Source: Promethearchaeota archaeon (GTDB lineage Archaea; Asgardarchaeota; Lokiarchaeia; Sigyniarchaeales; SOKP01). Taken from it: a DNA stretch of 64,000 nucleotides. Location: positions 199,819 through 263,818 of the forward strand of contig JBHLNF010000006.1 of assembly GCA_048937405.1 (NCBI GenBank), in the 5' to 3' direction. The position numbers and the translations under genes were made by a program. Numbering within the stretch: position 1 is the first letter of the stretch; each line of letters starts with the position of its first letter. Below, in pieces: positions 49,286 to 60,877 of the stretch. Below the pieces are notes generated by a model. It was not told the DNA's origin, did not search any database, and saw only the letters and a list, made by a program, of their open reading frames with translations.

Positions 49286-51295
49286 ATGAGTGAAGAAAAA
49301 AGTGAAAAGCCAAAAAGGAAAGAAAAAATTATCGGAATTGATTTAGGAACATCTAATAGTGCTTGTGCTGTATTGACAGGTACAGGTAAACCAGAGATCG
49401 TTCCCGCTGCTGAAGGCAGAACTCTTGGAGGAAAGGCTTTTCCCTCATATGTAGCATTTGACGAGAATGGACGAAAAATAGTAGGAGAACCAGCACGAAG
49501 ACAAGCTGTTTCTAATCCAGATGGTACTGTTACCGCTATTAAACGCAAGATGGGAACCTCATATAAGGCTAAATTGAAAGTTGGGGATAAGATGCAGGAG
49601 TTTTCACCCGAAGAAATTAGCGCAATGATATTAAAAAAAATTAAAACTGATGCATCAGCATATTTAGGAGAAGAAGTCAAAAAAGCAGTAATAACTGTTC
49701 CAGCTTATTTTAATGATGCCCAACGAACTGCTACAAAAAATGCTGGTGAAATTGCCGGATTAGAAGTTGTAAGAATGATTAATGAACCGACAGCTGCTTG
49801 CTTGGCTTACGGTTTAGATAAAGATACTAAGGATAAATTAATGAAGATTTGCGTATTAGATTTAGGTGGTGGTACTTTCGATATAACGATCATGGAATAC
49901 GGAGAAGGAGTAGTTGAGGTCCTTTCCACAGCTGGGGATACTCAACTTGGTGGAACCGATATGGATAATCAAATAATTGATTGGGTAACAGAAGAATTTA
50001 AAAAGAAAGAAGGAATTGATTTAAAGGGGGATTCAAAAGCATGGATAAGAATTAAAGATGCCGCAGAAAAAGCAAAAATAGAATTATCTACAACTTTATC
50101 CTCTACGATAAATTTACCATATATTTCTCAAAAAGAAGGTAATCCCGTTCATTTAACAATGGACCTCACAAGAGCAAAATTAGAACAATTGATAGAGCCG
50201 ACTCTTAGGAGGCTAGATCCAATTATGCAAAGAGCAGTTTCAGATGCAAAACTGTCAGCTAATAATGTCGATAAAGTCATTTTAGTAGGAGGTCCAACAA
50301 GGATGCCTTCTGTCCAAGAAAGATTTAAGAAATTTTTTGGTGGAAAAGAGCCAGAACATTCAGTTGACCCTATGGAATGCGTAGCGATAGGTGCTGCAAT
50401 ACAAGGTGGGGTTATTGCTGGAGATGTCGAAGATTTATTGTTACTTGATGTAACGCCATTATCTTTAGGAGTTGAGACATTAGGTGGTGTATTTACTAAA
50501 TTAATTGAGCGAAATAGCACCATTCCAACAGAAAAAAGTCAAGTCTTCAGCACAGCAGCGGATAATCAACCAGCAGTAACTATAAATGTTCTTCAAGGAG
50601 AACGAGCAATGGCAAAAGATAATATTTCTTTGGGTATGTTTCATTTAACAGGGATTCCACCTGCTCCTCGAGGTATTCCTCAGATTGAAGTAAAATTCTC
50701 TATTGATGCTGATGGAATCGTACATGTTACTGCCAAGGATTTAGGAACGGGTAAAGAAACAGGTATTACTGTTACTGGTTCTCAAGGGTTAACCCCAGAG
50801 GAGATTAGACAAAAAGTTCAAACTGCGGAACAATTTGAAGAGGAAGACAAGAAAGTTAGGGAACTAGTTGAAGCTAAGAACAATGCGGATTCAATGATTT
50901 ATCAAACTCGAAAATTAATGGAAGATAATAAAGATAAACTTCAAGAAAATGAAAAGAATGAAATAGAAGCAGCGATAAAATCTTTAGAAGAAGATATAAA
51001 AACTGATGATGTTCAGCGAATTAAATTGGGAGTTGAAAACTTACAAAAATCTATGTATAGTTTCTCTCAAAGGATTTATCAGACACAAGCTCAGGATCAG
51101 GTGTATCAACAGGCTGCCGAACAAGCTCAACGTGCTGCAAGTGGTATGGGAGGTGCTCCTCCTGGTGGAATGGGTGATGTTCCTCCTGGTGGGATGGGAG
51201 GAGAAACTGGTGCTGGAGGTGCTTCTTATAAATCTGAGAAAAAAGAAGACAAAGATAAGAAGAAAGTTGTTGATGTTGACTGGGATGAGGATTAA
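49286..51295 (+). CDS. dnaK: Chaperone DnaK (Hsp70)
   Basis: [25 protein letters not shown] and [10 protein letters not shown] motifs, with a GGM-rich tail. Confidence 0.98.
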   Translation: MSEEKSEKPKRKEKIIGIDLGTSNSACAVLTGTGKPEIVPAAEGRTLGGKAFPSYVAFDENGRKIVGEPARRQAVSNPDGTVTAIKRKMGTSYKAKLKVGDKMQEFSPEEISAMILKKIKTDASAYLGEEVKKAVITVPAYFNDAQRTATKNAGEIAGLEVVRMINEPTAACLAYGLDKDTKDKLMKICVLDLGGGTFDITIMEYGEGVVEVLSTAGDTQLGGTDMDNQIIDWVTEEFKKKEGIDLKGDSKAWIRIKDAAEKAKIELSTTLSSTINLPYISQKEGNPVHLTMDLTRAKLEQLIEPTLRRLDPIMQRAVSDAKLSANNVDKVILVGGPTRMPSVQERFKKFFGGKEPEHSVDPMECVAIGAAIQGGVIAGDVEDLLLLDVTPLSLGVETLGGVFTKLIERNSTIPTEKSQVFSTAADNQPAVTINVLQGERAMAKDNISLGMFHLTGIPPAPRGIPQIEVKFSIDADGIVHVTAKDLGTGKETGITVTGSQGLTPEEIRQKVQTAEQFEEEDKKVRELVEAKNNADSMIYQTRKLMEDNKDKLQENEKNEIEAAIKSLEEDIKTDDVQRIKLGVENLQKSMYSFSQRIYQTQAQDQVYQQAAEQAQRAASGMGGAPPGGMGDVPPGGMGGETGAGGASYKSEKKEDKDKKKVVDVDWDED

Positions 51296-51402
51296 ATCCC
51301 GAAAAATGTTTTCATGAATAAAATTAACAACATTCCATTTTCTATAATTTTTTTATTAACTTTTTAATTTTTCTAGGTTCTATCGTTTTTAATATTGTAA
51401 AT

Positions 51403-52818
51403 TCACTTGCTATAATTAAGGGATTTTTTTTGAACGTTTTGTTTAGATTTAAGACGAGCATATAGAAAGATAGCTAATCCTAAAGCGGATGATAAAGATA
51501 TAATGCCTAATATTAGTGGAAGCAGATAATCCAACCCTCTATTTTTCGTTTCAATACAGTCATTATCTTGATAACTATTTCCAATACAATCATCAGTTTC
51601 GAAATAACATATCCTATTATGATGTAATGTATTTTGGAGGATATCAATTCCAATGGAAGAGTTAAGATATACTCCATAATGATTATGATTAATAGTGTTT
51701 TGAAGAATGTCACACGCTGCAGATTCTATCATCCTGATACCATAGTAATTTTTATTAATTTCATTAGTAGAAATATCGATTCTTGTGCTGCTATTTACAT
51801 CAATACCACAAATTTGATTGTTGCTAATGGAATTGTTAGTTACATCAGTATCTTGAGTTATATTCAATCTTATTCCGCAAAAATTATTATTAATACTATT
51901 TTGTGATATTAAATTATCATGACATGGAGAGGTGATACTATAATAACCATAGAAAATTGACCCTTTTAAATGAATTCCATCTTCTTTATTATTATTTATC
52001 TCATTTCTAACAATCTCACTATAAGATGCGGAAGATAAAATTGCAGTTCCATTATTATTACTGATATAATTATCAGCTATGGAAATATGATTTCCAAAAA
52101 CTATCCGTATGCCATACATCTTATTAAAACTCACATTATTTGATGATACAGTTACATTTTCATAACACGAAATTCCAACCATATTATAATTAATATCATT
52201 TTCTAAAATAGTACAACCTAGCATCGCCATAATACCATAATCATTATTAGAGACAGAATTATTATAAATTAAGATATTTTCACCGTCGGAAACAATTCCT
52301 CCCAAATTGTTGTCGATAATGTTTTGGGATATTGTGCTATTTGATCCGCTTATAACTATACCAGCCAGATTGTACATGAGATGATTTTTTTTAATAATGC
52401 CATTGGATACATTATTTAACGAGATACCAGCATCAATGATGAGGTAGCTATAATCACCGGAGTTAAAAAGCGTACAGTTTTCAATTCGAAAGAATACACT
52501 TGAATTTTCAATGTGTATACAACTTCCAGAACCTCCCCCATCAATTATTAAATCTTCAATGACATATGGATCAGAATAGGTTCCCGAACCTGTACAATTT
52601 CCCGCATTTCTAAAGTCAATCCAATCCGATGTACCATTTATAAGAATTTTATTGGTTATTTGTGATGTTTTAAGATTATTATTAATCAGAGTAAGTTGAT
52701 CATAGTTTATAATATTAGATTTAGAATTAGAAGTAAGTAAGGAAAAATATAATAAATTTAAGGTTATAGTAAAAATCAGAATAAGTTTAATTGAAGTTTT
52801 TACATTCAATTTATTCAT
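51403..52818 (-). CDS. Membrane-anchored right-handed beta-helix (NosD/CASH-like) surface protein
   Basis: Signal peptide, GSGTYSDPYVIE, many NNxYGI repeats and a C-terminal TM helix. Confidence 0.85.
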   Translation of the reverse strand: MNKLNVKTSIKLILIFTITLNLLYFSLLTSNSKSNIINYDQLTLINNNLKTSQITNKILINGTSDWIDFRNAGNCTGSGTYSDPYVIEDLIIDGGGSGSCIHIENSSVFFRIENCTLFNSGDYSYLIIDAGISLNNVSNGIIKKNHLMYNLAGIVISGSNSTISQNIIDNNLGGIVSDGENILIYNNSVSNNDYGIMAMLGCTILENDINYNMVGISCYENVTVSSNNVSFNKMYGIRIVFGNHISIADNYISNNNGTAILSSASYSEIVRNEINNNKEDGIHLKGSIFYGYYSITSPCHDNLISQNSINNNFCGIRLNITQDTDVTNNSISNNQICGIDVNSSTRIDISTNEINKNYYGIRMIESAACDILQNTINHNHYGVYLNSSIGIDILQNTLHHNRICYFETDDCIGNSYQDNDCIETKNRGLDYLLPLILGIISLSSALGLAIFLYARLKSKQNVQKKSLNYSK

Positions 52819-53073
52819 GGTACTTATTATATTGGATATTTCAAGATATAAAGAACTTTATTAAGGATAAATATTAAAGTTTTCTTATTATTTTAAGTAG
52901 TTTAAATACAAACTAAAGAATCTATAAATTAATTTATCTAAAACATTTTCTTTAAAAATATATTTGATTTAATTTTAAATTAGCTACCAAAGACCTAAAA
53001 AATTAAATTTTAGAAATAATTTTACATACTTGAGTTTTAAATATATTAGATTATTCTATGGGACTAAGATAGC

Positions 53074-54204
53074 ATGAGCTCTCAAAAAAGAGATTACTAT
53101 GAAGTTCTTGGTGTGAGTAAGGACGCGAGTTTGAATGATATAAAACTTGCATACAGACGTTTAGCCAGAAAACTCCATCCGGATCTGAATAAGACAGATC
53201 CACAAGCAAAAGAGAAGTTTATTGAACTTCAAGAAGCTTATGAAGTTTTAAGTGATGAACAGAAAAGACAGAACTATGATCGATTTGGATTTAGTGGTGT
53301 TCACGTTGATATGAGTGATTTCTTTAGTGGTGGAATACCTGGAATTGATGAATTACTTAGAAATATTTTTGGAGGATTTTCTTCTTTTGGGGGATTTGAT
53401 GATTTTGGGTTTGGAGGATTTGGTTCAAGAGCTAGAAGAAGAACAGCTCCTCGTAGAGAGGTTGGTCAAGATTTAGAGGAATATATTGAAATAACCTTTG
53501 AAGAGGCGATGTTCGGAGCGAAAAAGGATATACCTATAGAAAGATATACTCCTTGTGATGATTGTGAAGGAACAGGGGCAGCAGATCCTTCAAGCATAAA
53601 AGATTGTCCAGAATGTCAAGGAACAGGACGTATAAGGAAAATGACACAATCTGGTTTTGGTACAATAATCCGAGAATCAGAATGTTATACCTGTAATGGT
53701 ACAGGAAAAATAATTGGAAAAAAATGTAAAACTTGCGGAGGAAAAAAAGTAGTTCCTGAAAAAAAGACAATTCATATCACGATTCCTGAAGGTATTGAAG
53801 ATGGGGTTCACTTAAAAGTCCAAGGGGCTGGGCATGTACCCTCGACAAACGCAATTCCAGGAGATCTCTATTTAGGAATTAGAATAAGTGGTGATGAAAA
53901 ATTCATAAGACGTGGAAATGATCTTTATACTCCTATAGATGTGGATATTGTAACTGCTATAATTGGTGGAAAAATAACTGTTCCCACCTTAGATTATAAG
54001 CAAAAGAAATTAACAGAAAAGGAATTGGCAATTCCACCTGGAACACAACCAGGAACTGAATTCCGTATAAAAAATCGAGGAGTTTCATATATGAGAGGAA
54101 GAGGAAAGGGAGATCAATACGTAGTAGTGAATATTGAAATACCTAAAAAAATATCTGATAAACAAAAAGAATTATTATTAAAATTTAGAGAATTAGCTGA
54201 ATAG
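53074..54204 (+). CDS. dnaJ: Chaperone DnaJ (class A)
   Basis: HPD motif, G/F-rich region and four CxxCxGxG-type motifs. Confidence 0.97.
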   Translation: MSSQKRDYYEVLGVSKDASLNDIKLAYRRLARKLHPDLNKTDPQAKEKFIELQEAYEVLSDEQKRQNYDRFGFSGVHVDMSDFFSGGIPGIDELLRNIFGGFSSFGGFDDFGFGGFGSRARRRTAPRREVGQDLEEYIEITFEEAMFGAKKDIPIERYTPCDDCEGTGAADPSSIKDCPECQGTGRIRKMTQSGFGTIIRESECYTCNGTGKIIGKKCKTCGGKKVVPEKKTIHITIPEGIEDGVHLKVQGAGHVPSTNAIPGDLYLGIRISGDEKFIRRGNDLYTPIDVDIVTAIIGGKITVPTLDYKQKKLTEKELAIPPGTQPGTEFRIKNRGVSYMRGRGKGDQYVVVNIEIPKKISDKQKELLLKFRELAE

Positions 54205-54248
54205 AAATTTAAGTTAAAAAAAATGAATTTTTTTTAGTTAAATTAACC

Positions 54249-55196
54249 TTATAAGTGAGAATTCAACCAATTTATTACATCCTGAAAGACTTCTTCTCGA
54301 TTCGTTTCATTAAAAACTTCATGTCTAGCATTTTCATAGAATTTATATGTAACATCCTTGATTCCATACTCTTTATAGCGCTTTATATTGGATTGAATCC
54401 ATTTTGTTTTCTTTCCTATAGGGTCCATAGATCCCGCAATAAAAAATATTGGTAAATCTTTTGATATTTTTTGTTCATTTTTCGAATTATAAATCTTCTC
54501 AAACCCATTAAGAAATTCTAACCAAAGATTTGCAGGAGTTACAAAACCACACCATGGATCTTCGATATATTTCTGAACTTCATTTTTATCTCTACTAAGC
54601 CATTCATACCCAGTTGCTCCTTCTTCTTTATCCCAATCTTGATTATTGGATTTAAAATTTAAATCATGCATTTTTTGACTTGGTTGAGTCGAACTAAGTT
54701 TTTTCATCTCCCTTTTTACAATCATTTTTCCACCTTTAATTAAAGCAGCACTTATTTTTCCTCGAGTTCCACTTAGAATACAACCTTTGATTTCATTTCC
54801 CCATTCTTGAATATAATCTTGTAATAGCCAAGATCCCCAGGAATGACCTATTATGAATAATGGGAGATTAGGATTTTCTTTCTTTGTAATATTTGACAAT
54901 TCATGAAGCTCATTTACTACGCCTCTCCATCCACTAGGTCCTAAAACACCAGCATTTCCCTCCAACGTGGCTTCAGTAAGATCACCAGCGGTTAGTCCAT
55001 GACCCGGATGATCATCTGCATAACAAACATATCCCTCTTTACATAAAACCTCTGCCAAACGAGTGTATCTTTTTGCGTGTTCCGCTAATCCATGAACCAT
55101 TTGTACAATTGCTTTATGTTCTGTTTCTGGTTCCCATTTATATACGAAAATCTCAATACCATCTTGATCTGTAAATGTAAATGTAGTACTTTTCAT
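54249..55196 (-). CDS. Lysophospholipase-like alpha/beta hydrolase
   Basis: HGLAEH, DHPGHG, GHSWGS, WLSRD and ARHEVFNE motifs. Confidence 0.9.
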   Translation of the reverse strand: MKSTTFTFTDQDGIEIFVYKWEPETEHKAIVQMVHGLAEHAKRYTRLAEVLCKEGYVCYADDHPGHGLTAGDLTEATLEGNAGVLGPSGWRGVVNELHELSNITKKENPNLPLFIIGHSWGSWLLQDYIQEWGNEIKGCILSGTRGKISAALIKGGKMIVKREMKKLSSTQPSQKMHDLNFKSNNQDWDKEEGATGYEWLSRDKNEVQKYIEDPWCGFVTPANLWLEFLNGFEKIYNSKNEQKISKDLPIFFIAGSMDPIGKKTKWIQSNIKRYKEYGIKDVTYKFYENARHEVFNETNREEVFQDVINWLNSHL

Positions 55197-55295
55197 ATTT
55201 TCATCTATATATAAAATTTTTAAAAACTAATAAATAATTGTGAGTTAATTTCATTTAGACTTTAGTTATAAATAAACCTTATATTTATTAAATCT

Positions 55296-55829
55296 ATGAT
55301 CAAAAAAATACTCATTACAGGACCGCCTAGATGTGGTAAATCAACACTTATCTCTAAATTGATTGATTATTATAAGAATGAGAAGAATTTTGTGACTTAT
55401 GGATTTTTAACTCCAGAAGTCAAAATGGAGGGTACTCGTATTGGATTTGATATTTTAGATATTTACTCTGGAAATATTTCTCCTCTCGCAAGAGTAGGGG
55501 ATTTTAAAACTAAATATAGAGTTGGAAAGTATAGTATTTTTATTGAAGAATTTGATAACTACATTGAAGAATATTTGAATCTAAAAGATAAAAGAGCTAA
55601 TCTGATTATAATTGATGAAATAGGAAAGATGGAATTATTTTCCAAAAAATTTCTTAATTTTGTAAAAAACATCTTCTCTTTAGAAATTTCTATTTTAGCT
55701 ACAATTGGTTTAAAGTTAAATCATCCAATTAAAGATTATCTTCAGAATCTTCTTTCGGTAAAATTTTTAAATTTAAATCGTCAAAATGTTCAAACTATTT
55801 TTAAAAAAATAGTTTCTTTACTTAACTAA
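55296..55829 (+). CDS. NTPase (THEP1/NTPase_1 family)
   Basis: ITGPPRCGKST, RIGFDI, RVGKY and IIDEIGKMEL motifs. Confidence 0.9.
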   Translation: MIKKILITGPPRCGKSTLISKLIDYYKNEKNFVTYGFLTPEVKMEGTRIGFDILDIYSGNISPLARVGDFKTKYRVGKYSIFIEEFDNYIEEYLNLKDKRANLIIIDEIGKMELFSKKFLNFVKNIFSLEISILATIGLKLNHPIKDYLQNLLSVKFLNLNRQNVQTIFKKIVSLLN

Positions 55830-55906
55830 TTAAAAATAATAATAATACTTCCAAACTTCAAATTAATCAATTATATAATTATTACAATATAAGCTATTAT
55901 TAATCC

Positions 55907-56425
55907 TTACTTATAATCTAATTTGGAATAATTTAATCTATTTTGATTAGCTAAAGCAATTTGAATTGCTCTGACTTCGGCTCTAGATCTTAACCTCATT
56001 TCATCTTGTAAACTTTCCAGAATTTTTTTTTCACTATATCCTTGTTCATATAATTCAGTGAAATTTTCAACACCTTTTTCATTTAAAAAGATATAACGAT
56101 TATTTGTAGATACAATTAACCATTTTTTCTTTTTTTGATTTTTAGATAATGCATTTAATATCTTTCTAATATCACTTATAGGGTGTTGCATTTTGTCAGC
56201 AATTTCTTTGTCGCTTATTATTAAAAAATCGTTTATTTCTCTCAGAAGTTTTCTCTTAGCAGATAAAGTAATTAAGTATGAGAGAAAATATATTATGAAA
56301 AAAATGCCTGCAAGCCAGATTGCTAATATTTGATCAAAGATAAAGATTATTATAATTATTCCCAATACTAAATAAAAACTAATAACCTTAAGTTTATTTA
56401 TCCATCGTAAATTAATATCAAGCAC
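55907..56425 (-). CDS. Hypothetical membrane protein with winged-helix-like cytoplasmic domain
   Basis: Two N-terminal TM helices, then SDKEIADKMQHPISDIRKILNAL. Confidence 0.6.
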   Translation of the reverse strand: MLDINLRWINKLKVISFYLVLGIIIIIFIFDQILAIWLAGIFFIIYFLSYLITLSAKRKLLREINDFLIISDKEIADKMQHPISDIRKILNALSKNQKKKKWLIVSTNNRYIFLNEKGVENFTELYEQGYSEKKILESLQDEMRLRSRAEVRAIQIALANQNRLNYSKLDYK

Positions 56426-56463
56426 CTGATATTGTTTTCCAATTATATATATTGTATCATAAA

Positions 56464-58482
56464 TTACATAATTGTTTTAAGAACTTCTTTTTGATCTTCA
56501 GTTATTTTAGTTTTATTTTTAGGTTTATTTAGGTTTTGAATTGCAGCTTCAATTGCTTCAAGCTTTATTGAGTATTTCTCATAAAGTTCAGTAAAACTAT
56601 TGATATCAATGTCATTATTATCATATAAAATCTTTAATTGTTTTAATGTTCGACCAATACCAGCTTTGTTATTTCGCAACTCTTGAATTTTGTTGAAGTC
56701 GATCAGCACATCTGACATTAAATTTTTATAACGTAAATAAGCATCAAAATTAAGATCTGTTTGTTTATATTTTGTTAGAAAATTTGTAGTTCTTGGAAGA
56801 AATGGTGCTAAATTTTCTGGAATGATAATAAGTGGTTCTGGATCTTGTATCTCCAAAGCTTCTTTTTCACTTATTATTTCTACATCATTTTCTATGATCT
56901 TTTCATTTACAACTGATAAATTATTCTTTATAGCTTTTATTTCAGAATCTGATAGTTTCTCAGATTGATTTATCATTGATTCCCAAATTTCTTCAGCTTT
57001 CAAATAATAATAGTTTGCTTTTTTCTGTAATTTTTCGATTTTCTCTTCATTCTCACCTTTAGGTGATAATTTTAATAAAGATTTGGCAATCAAATGACAT
57101 GCTCTGCCTATATCATAATTGTATTGTGCTTTAAAGTGCTTTTCCTTTTTATCATCATATTTTCTTAAAAACGCTAATCTTTTTGAAAGTGCACTTAATC
57201 CTGCTGATAAATTAGCTGCCATAGAATAATTTCCTTTCTGCTCTTCACTTAATGTAGCTAAATTCTGGGCAAGTATACGAGCTTCTTCAGAGTCCATTTC
57301 AAGATTCTCGACAGATAATATAATTCCTTTATCTTCTTGTCGAGTGCATGCCGCGCTAAAATATGCAGCAGTTTTATACATTTTGCTACACTCTACCATC
57401 GCTACTATAGCATTTTCCATTAAATTTTGTTCTTCAAATTTAGTAGAAAGGTAAGAATATGCTTGCGCTGAAATCCATAGCACTCGTGCACACTCAAAAA
57501 TTAAATCCCATATTTGAATTTCTCTTTTAGCGACATGATCATAAAATGAGGGTGTAATCTCTAATTCCTTAAATATCTTAATTTGACTTTGGGTTTTATA
57601 ATTCACATTTAATATTTTTATATATTCTATAACATCATTAAGTTCAGAAAAGGTAAAATTTTCATTTCTTGCTAATCTTTCCTCTAATTTTTTAATTTTA
57701 AAGTGTAATAATCGGATTTTTTGCATTGTATTAGGATGGAAAAATGGTTTTAACACTGAGGGTTTCTTTGTATCCAATTTTACTTGTTCTACGTTTGTAG
57801 ATTTTGCTTTTACAGGTTTCTTATATTTTGATTTTTCGAGTAAATTCTTATCAAGTATAGGTTTTTTAAGAGAATTAATGCTAAGTTGAGGTCTTTTTAA
57901 AGATGGTTCTTGCTTTTGTTTAGGTGGTGTTAATTGCTTTAAGTTCTTTATATTTAAATTATCCTCAAATTTTACAAAACCCAAAGCTTGGTTTTGTGAC
58001 GTTGATTTTGAACTAAACTTATTAATAAGTATTTCTTCATTCCTCATACGTTCTAGATACTTCTTTGCAATCTCAATATACCTTTGTGCTTCTGAAGGAC
58101 TCATACCTTTTATCTTGGAGAGATGATCAACACTCGTAGAAGCCAATTTTTTTATTGAGCTTATTGGGGCTTTACAACTACTGATCTTTTCATGTGGTTT
58201 TAGAATAGTTTCCATTTCAGTTGATTTTGAATCATTGGACGTTCTTGCTTGTTTAATTATGGAAGTTATTTTTTCCTTTGCCTTAATATTTTTAATATAA
58301 TTCTTTGCTAACAGGATATAATTTTTTGCTTTCGAAAGACCAATACCATCTATGGCTAATAAATTTTCTACTCTGGAAGATGCCAGCTTTTCTACTGAAT
58401 CGATTCCTATCTGTTTCATTCTTTCTACGGTTGATTTTCCAATACTATTAGCTACCTGCATAATTGATGTTATATTCAACAC
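56464..58482 (-). CDS. Protein with two helix-hairpin-helix domains and a large helical C-terminal region
   Basis: IGIDSVEKLASS...IDGIGLSKAK and LSKIKGMSPSEAQRYI, then a K/P-rich linker and a TPR-like C-terminal half. Confidence 0.7.
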   Translation of the reverse strand: MLNITSIMQVANSIGKSTVERMKQIGIDSVEKLASSRVENLLAIDGIGLSKAKNYILLAKNYIKNIKAKEKITSIIKQARTSNDSKSTEMETILKPHEKISSCKAPISSIKKLASTSVDHLSKIKGMSPSEAQRYIEIAKKYLERMRNEEILINKFSSKSTSQNQALGFVKFEDNLNIKNLKQLTPPKQKQEPSLKRPQLSINSLKKPILDKNLLEKSKYKKPVKAKSTNVEQVKLDTKKPSVLKPFFHPNTMQKIRLLHFKIKKLEERLARNENFTFSELNDVIEYIKILNVNYKTQSQIKIFKELEITPSFYDHVAKREIQIWDLIFECARVLWISAQAYSYLSTKFEEQNLMENAIVAMVECSKMYKTAAYFSAACTRQEDKGIILSVENLEMDSEEARILAQNLATLSEEQKGNYSMAANLSAGLSALSKRLAFLRKYDDKKEKHFKAQYNYDIGRACHLIAKSLLKLSPKGENEEKIEKLQKKANYYYLKAEEIWESMINQSEKLSDSEIKAIKNNLSVVNEKIIENDVEIISEKEALEIQDPEPLIIIPENLAPFLPRTTNFLTKYKQTDLNFDAYLRYKNLMSDVLIDFNKIQELRNNKAGIGRTLKQLKILYDNNDIDINSFTELYEKYSIKLEAIEAAIQNLNKPKNKTKITEDQKEVLKTIM

Positions 58483-58754
58483 CTAATATTGAATTTATTA
58501 CCTATATGTATACATATTCATTATTTTTTTTTAAAGTTAATCAATTCACTTTAACATTTTTGAATATATAAATAGAATATAAGCTTGTATACTTCGTCTC
58601 AAAAACGAAAAAGGGATCAAATAAATTAATTTTAACATTAAGAATTTAATATATAATCAACCAAATTTGAAAAAATCAAGCTCCTCAGACGTTTGTGAGT
58701 TTTTATAAAAACCATAAGATTTAAATATATTTGATGTGCTATAAACATTTGGTG

Positions 58755-59546
58755 ATGTTTCCAAATACAAAACCATGTCTCGATAAAGAGACCAATGACA
58801 GTTATTCTAGAGCTGTTATAGGGATTCTAGTATTTTCAACCCTACTAGTGTTCATGGTAATGGGAGTTACAGCTTTTAACGATTTTTCCGAACATTCCAA
58901 TAGAAGCATTCTGCCTATGAATTCAGAATCGACTTCTGTATTGGAATTCAATAACGCGGAAAATATCGATGATCAAGTCATAAAAGCTAAGCCGAGTCAT
59001 TACGAGCCGGCATATCAAACAGTTCGCGAAGACATAGTATACTATGCCGAACCGGGTTCAATAACTTTTGTTGAAGATAATTTTGAAAGCGACCTTCCTA
59101 TTTGTTTTGATATGGAATATGGTGCTGATAAATGGGTCGTCATTAAAGTTTGTGGAGGATATGATCCTCGCTTACAATTATATCCTGGTTATGGTTATTA
59201 TTATGGATTAATGATCTTAAGAGATGCCGACGGCAAAATAGTTATGAATGGTAATATGTATGTCGGTTGGCTTTTAGATAGTTATACAGATGTAAGCGAC
59301 CAGTATAGAAAACCTGGTTGTATTTGTTGTCAATGCTGCGTCTGGTATAATTTCACAATTGATCCTTATGCTTGTAACAATTGGGTCTGTTTAGATTCAA
59401 GTTACCAATTACATGATAAAGGAGAACCTACATTAAATGAAGATAAATTCTATACAATAGAATATAAAACCCATTGGTTTGGTTGCGAATTTGATAAAAT
59501 GCTGGCACACATTAATTGTGTCCCGGAATCCTATGCTCCCGACTAA
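58755..59546 (+). CDS. Hypothetical Cys/Tyr-rich membrane-anchored or secreted protein
   Basis: One N-terminal TM helix, a CICCQCC cluster and YPGYGYYYG. ATG 58755 is preferred. Confidence 0.65.
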   Translation: MFPNTKPCLDKETNDSYSRAVIGILVFSTLLVFMVMGVTAFNDFSEHSNRSILPMNSESTSVLEFNNAENIDDQVIKAKPSHYEPAYQTVREDIVYYAEPGSITFVEDNFESDLPICFDMEYGADKWVVIKVCGGYDPRLQLYPGYGYYYGLMILRDADGKIVMNGNMYVGWLLDSYTDVSDQYRKPGCICCQCCVWYNFTIDPYACNNWVCLDSSYQLHDKGEPTLNEDKFYTIEYKTHWFGCEFDKMLAHINCVPESYAPD

Positions 59547-59589
59547 ACATCGCCAGTGTAAAGTTAACAGTTTAGAATAACTGTTAAAT

Positions 59590-59621
59590 TGGCAAGAAAT
59601 CTTGCCATTTTTCTTTTTTTT
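59590..59621 (+). terminator. Hairpin + T-tract terminator
   Basis: TGGCAAG-AAAT-CTTGCCA followed by a long T-rich tract, 44 nt after the stop at 59546. Confidence 0.6.
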
Positions 59622-59861
59622 GTTGTTTAAACACCAGCTACTTTATAATGCTTTTATTCTAATATTAACACGAATATTATGATCAAAAGAATCAAAGGAA
59701 TAATGGTTGATATATTTTTCTAGATAGAAATATCTCTGGTTTATAGGATATCTAAAAAAATTTAAATAATACTATATAATTATTTATTGGTGTGTAATTG
59801 AGAGTATTCATGATTCAATGTTTTTTTGAATGAATATAAATTAATGACAATGATTTTTTAA

Positions 59862-60845
59862 ATGAGTGGCAAACAAAAATTTGATTTTAGCAATTATATA
59901 AAGGATGCGCAAAAACTTGCTAAAGAATATGTGGTTGAGAAAGATAAACTTAATAATAGTCTCAAAAAATATATTCTAAATTTGCAGAACATTGATTCGG
60001 AAATTTATAACTTGTTATTTGAAGCTAGAGAGTTTTATTATGAAAAGCGATCTACCTATAATATGAAATTAGCAAAATTGAAAAACAAAAGAATTGAATA
60101 TGAACGATCATGGAATAATATGGCTAAAAAAATAAAACATCTTCAAAAACCAAAATTAAATACTAACATTTCAGTCACGATTGATTATACTAAACGATCT
60201 ATTGAAGAAATAAAAAATAAAATAGATATTATGAAAAATAAACTTGAAGAACAAATTTTAGATATTGAGGAGGAAAATGAGACTATAGATAAACTTAGGG
60301 CGTTAGAAAGCAGCAGAAAAGAAAAAATTAATTTGTTGACAAAATTAGAACAAAAAAAAGTTACAAAATTACGGACTAGTGAATATTATATAACTCAAAA
60401 AAGAATTGAAACCCTTGAAAATAATTTGAAAGAAATTTATGAACAAATGATTGAATTATTTAATAAAAGGTTTAAAACACATAAAAAAATGCTTGAATTA
60501 TATAGGAATACGAGAGGATTTGAAAATATTAAAAAGGAAATAGTAAATGAATTAAAAGAAAATAAAATTATTGCAGAAGACTACTATTTTTTGTTCTTAA
60601 AATTGATGAACCAAAATAAAAAAATAATATTAGATAAGTTTTCAAATAGACCAAAAAGTATAATAAAAACAAGGAAAATAATTTCAACACCAAGAGTTAA
60701 AGCGATAATTACAATGAAAAAAAAGTACAAAAAACTTGAAAAAGAAAAATTAGCAATTGCGTTAGATAAAAAAGAGTCAGGAAAAAAGTTAGATTTCTAT
60801 GAGTTACAACTTATTTTAAAGCATTCAAAAAATAAGAGATTATAA
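59862..60845 (+). CDS. Archaeal long coiled-coil protein
   Basis: Continuous heptads and C-terminal GKKLDFYELQLIL, typical of archaeal coiled-coil proteins. Confidence 0.7.
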   Translation: MSGKQKFDFSNYIKDAQKLAKEYVVEKDKLNNSLKKYILNLQNIDSEIYNLLFEAREFYYEKRSTYNMKLAKLKNKRIEYERSWNNMAKKIKHLQKPKLNTNISVTIDYTKRSIEEIKNKIDIMKNKLEEQILDIEEENETIDKLRALESSRKEKINLLTKLEQKKVTKLRTSEYYITQKRIETLENNLKEIYEQMIELFNKRFKTHKKMLELYRNTRGFENIKKEIVNELKENKIIAEDYYFLFLKLMNQNKKIILDKFSNRPKSIIKTRKIISTPRVKAIITMKKKYKKLEKEKLAIALDKKESGKKLDFYELQLILKHSKNKRL

Positions 60846-60877
60846 ATTCAAAAAATAAATTATTATAATTAGAGATT

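Noticed and set aside
51140-51225. CCTCCTGGTGG repeat in dnaK
   Set aside because: It encodes the ordinary GGM/PPGG low-complexity Hsp70 tail.
59552-59593. 3'UTR hairpin as a second SECIS
   Set aside because: It has no AUGA/GA quartet, and the upstream gene has no in-frame UGA.
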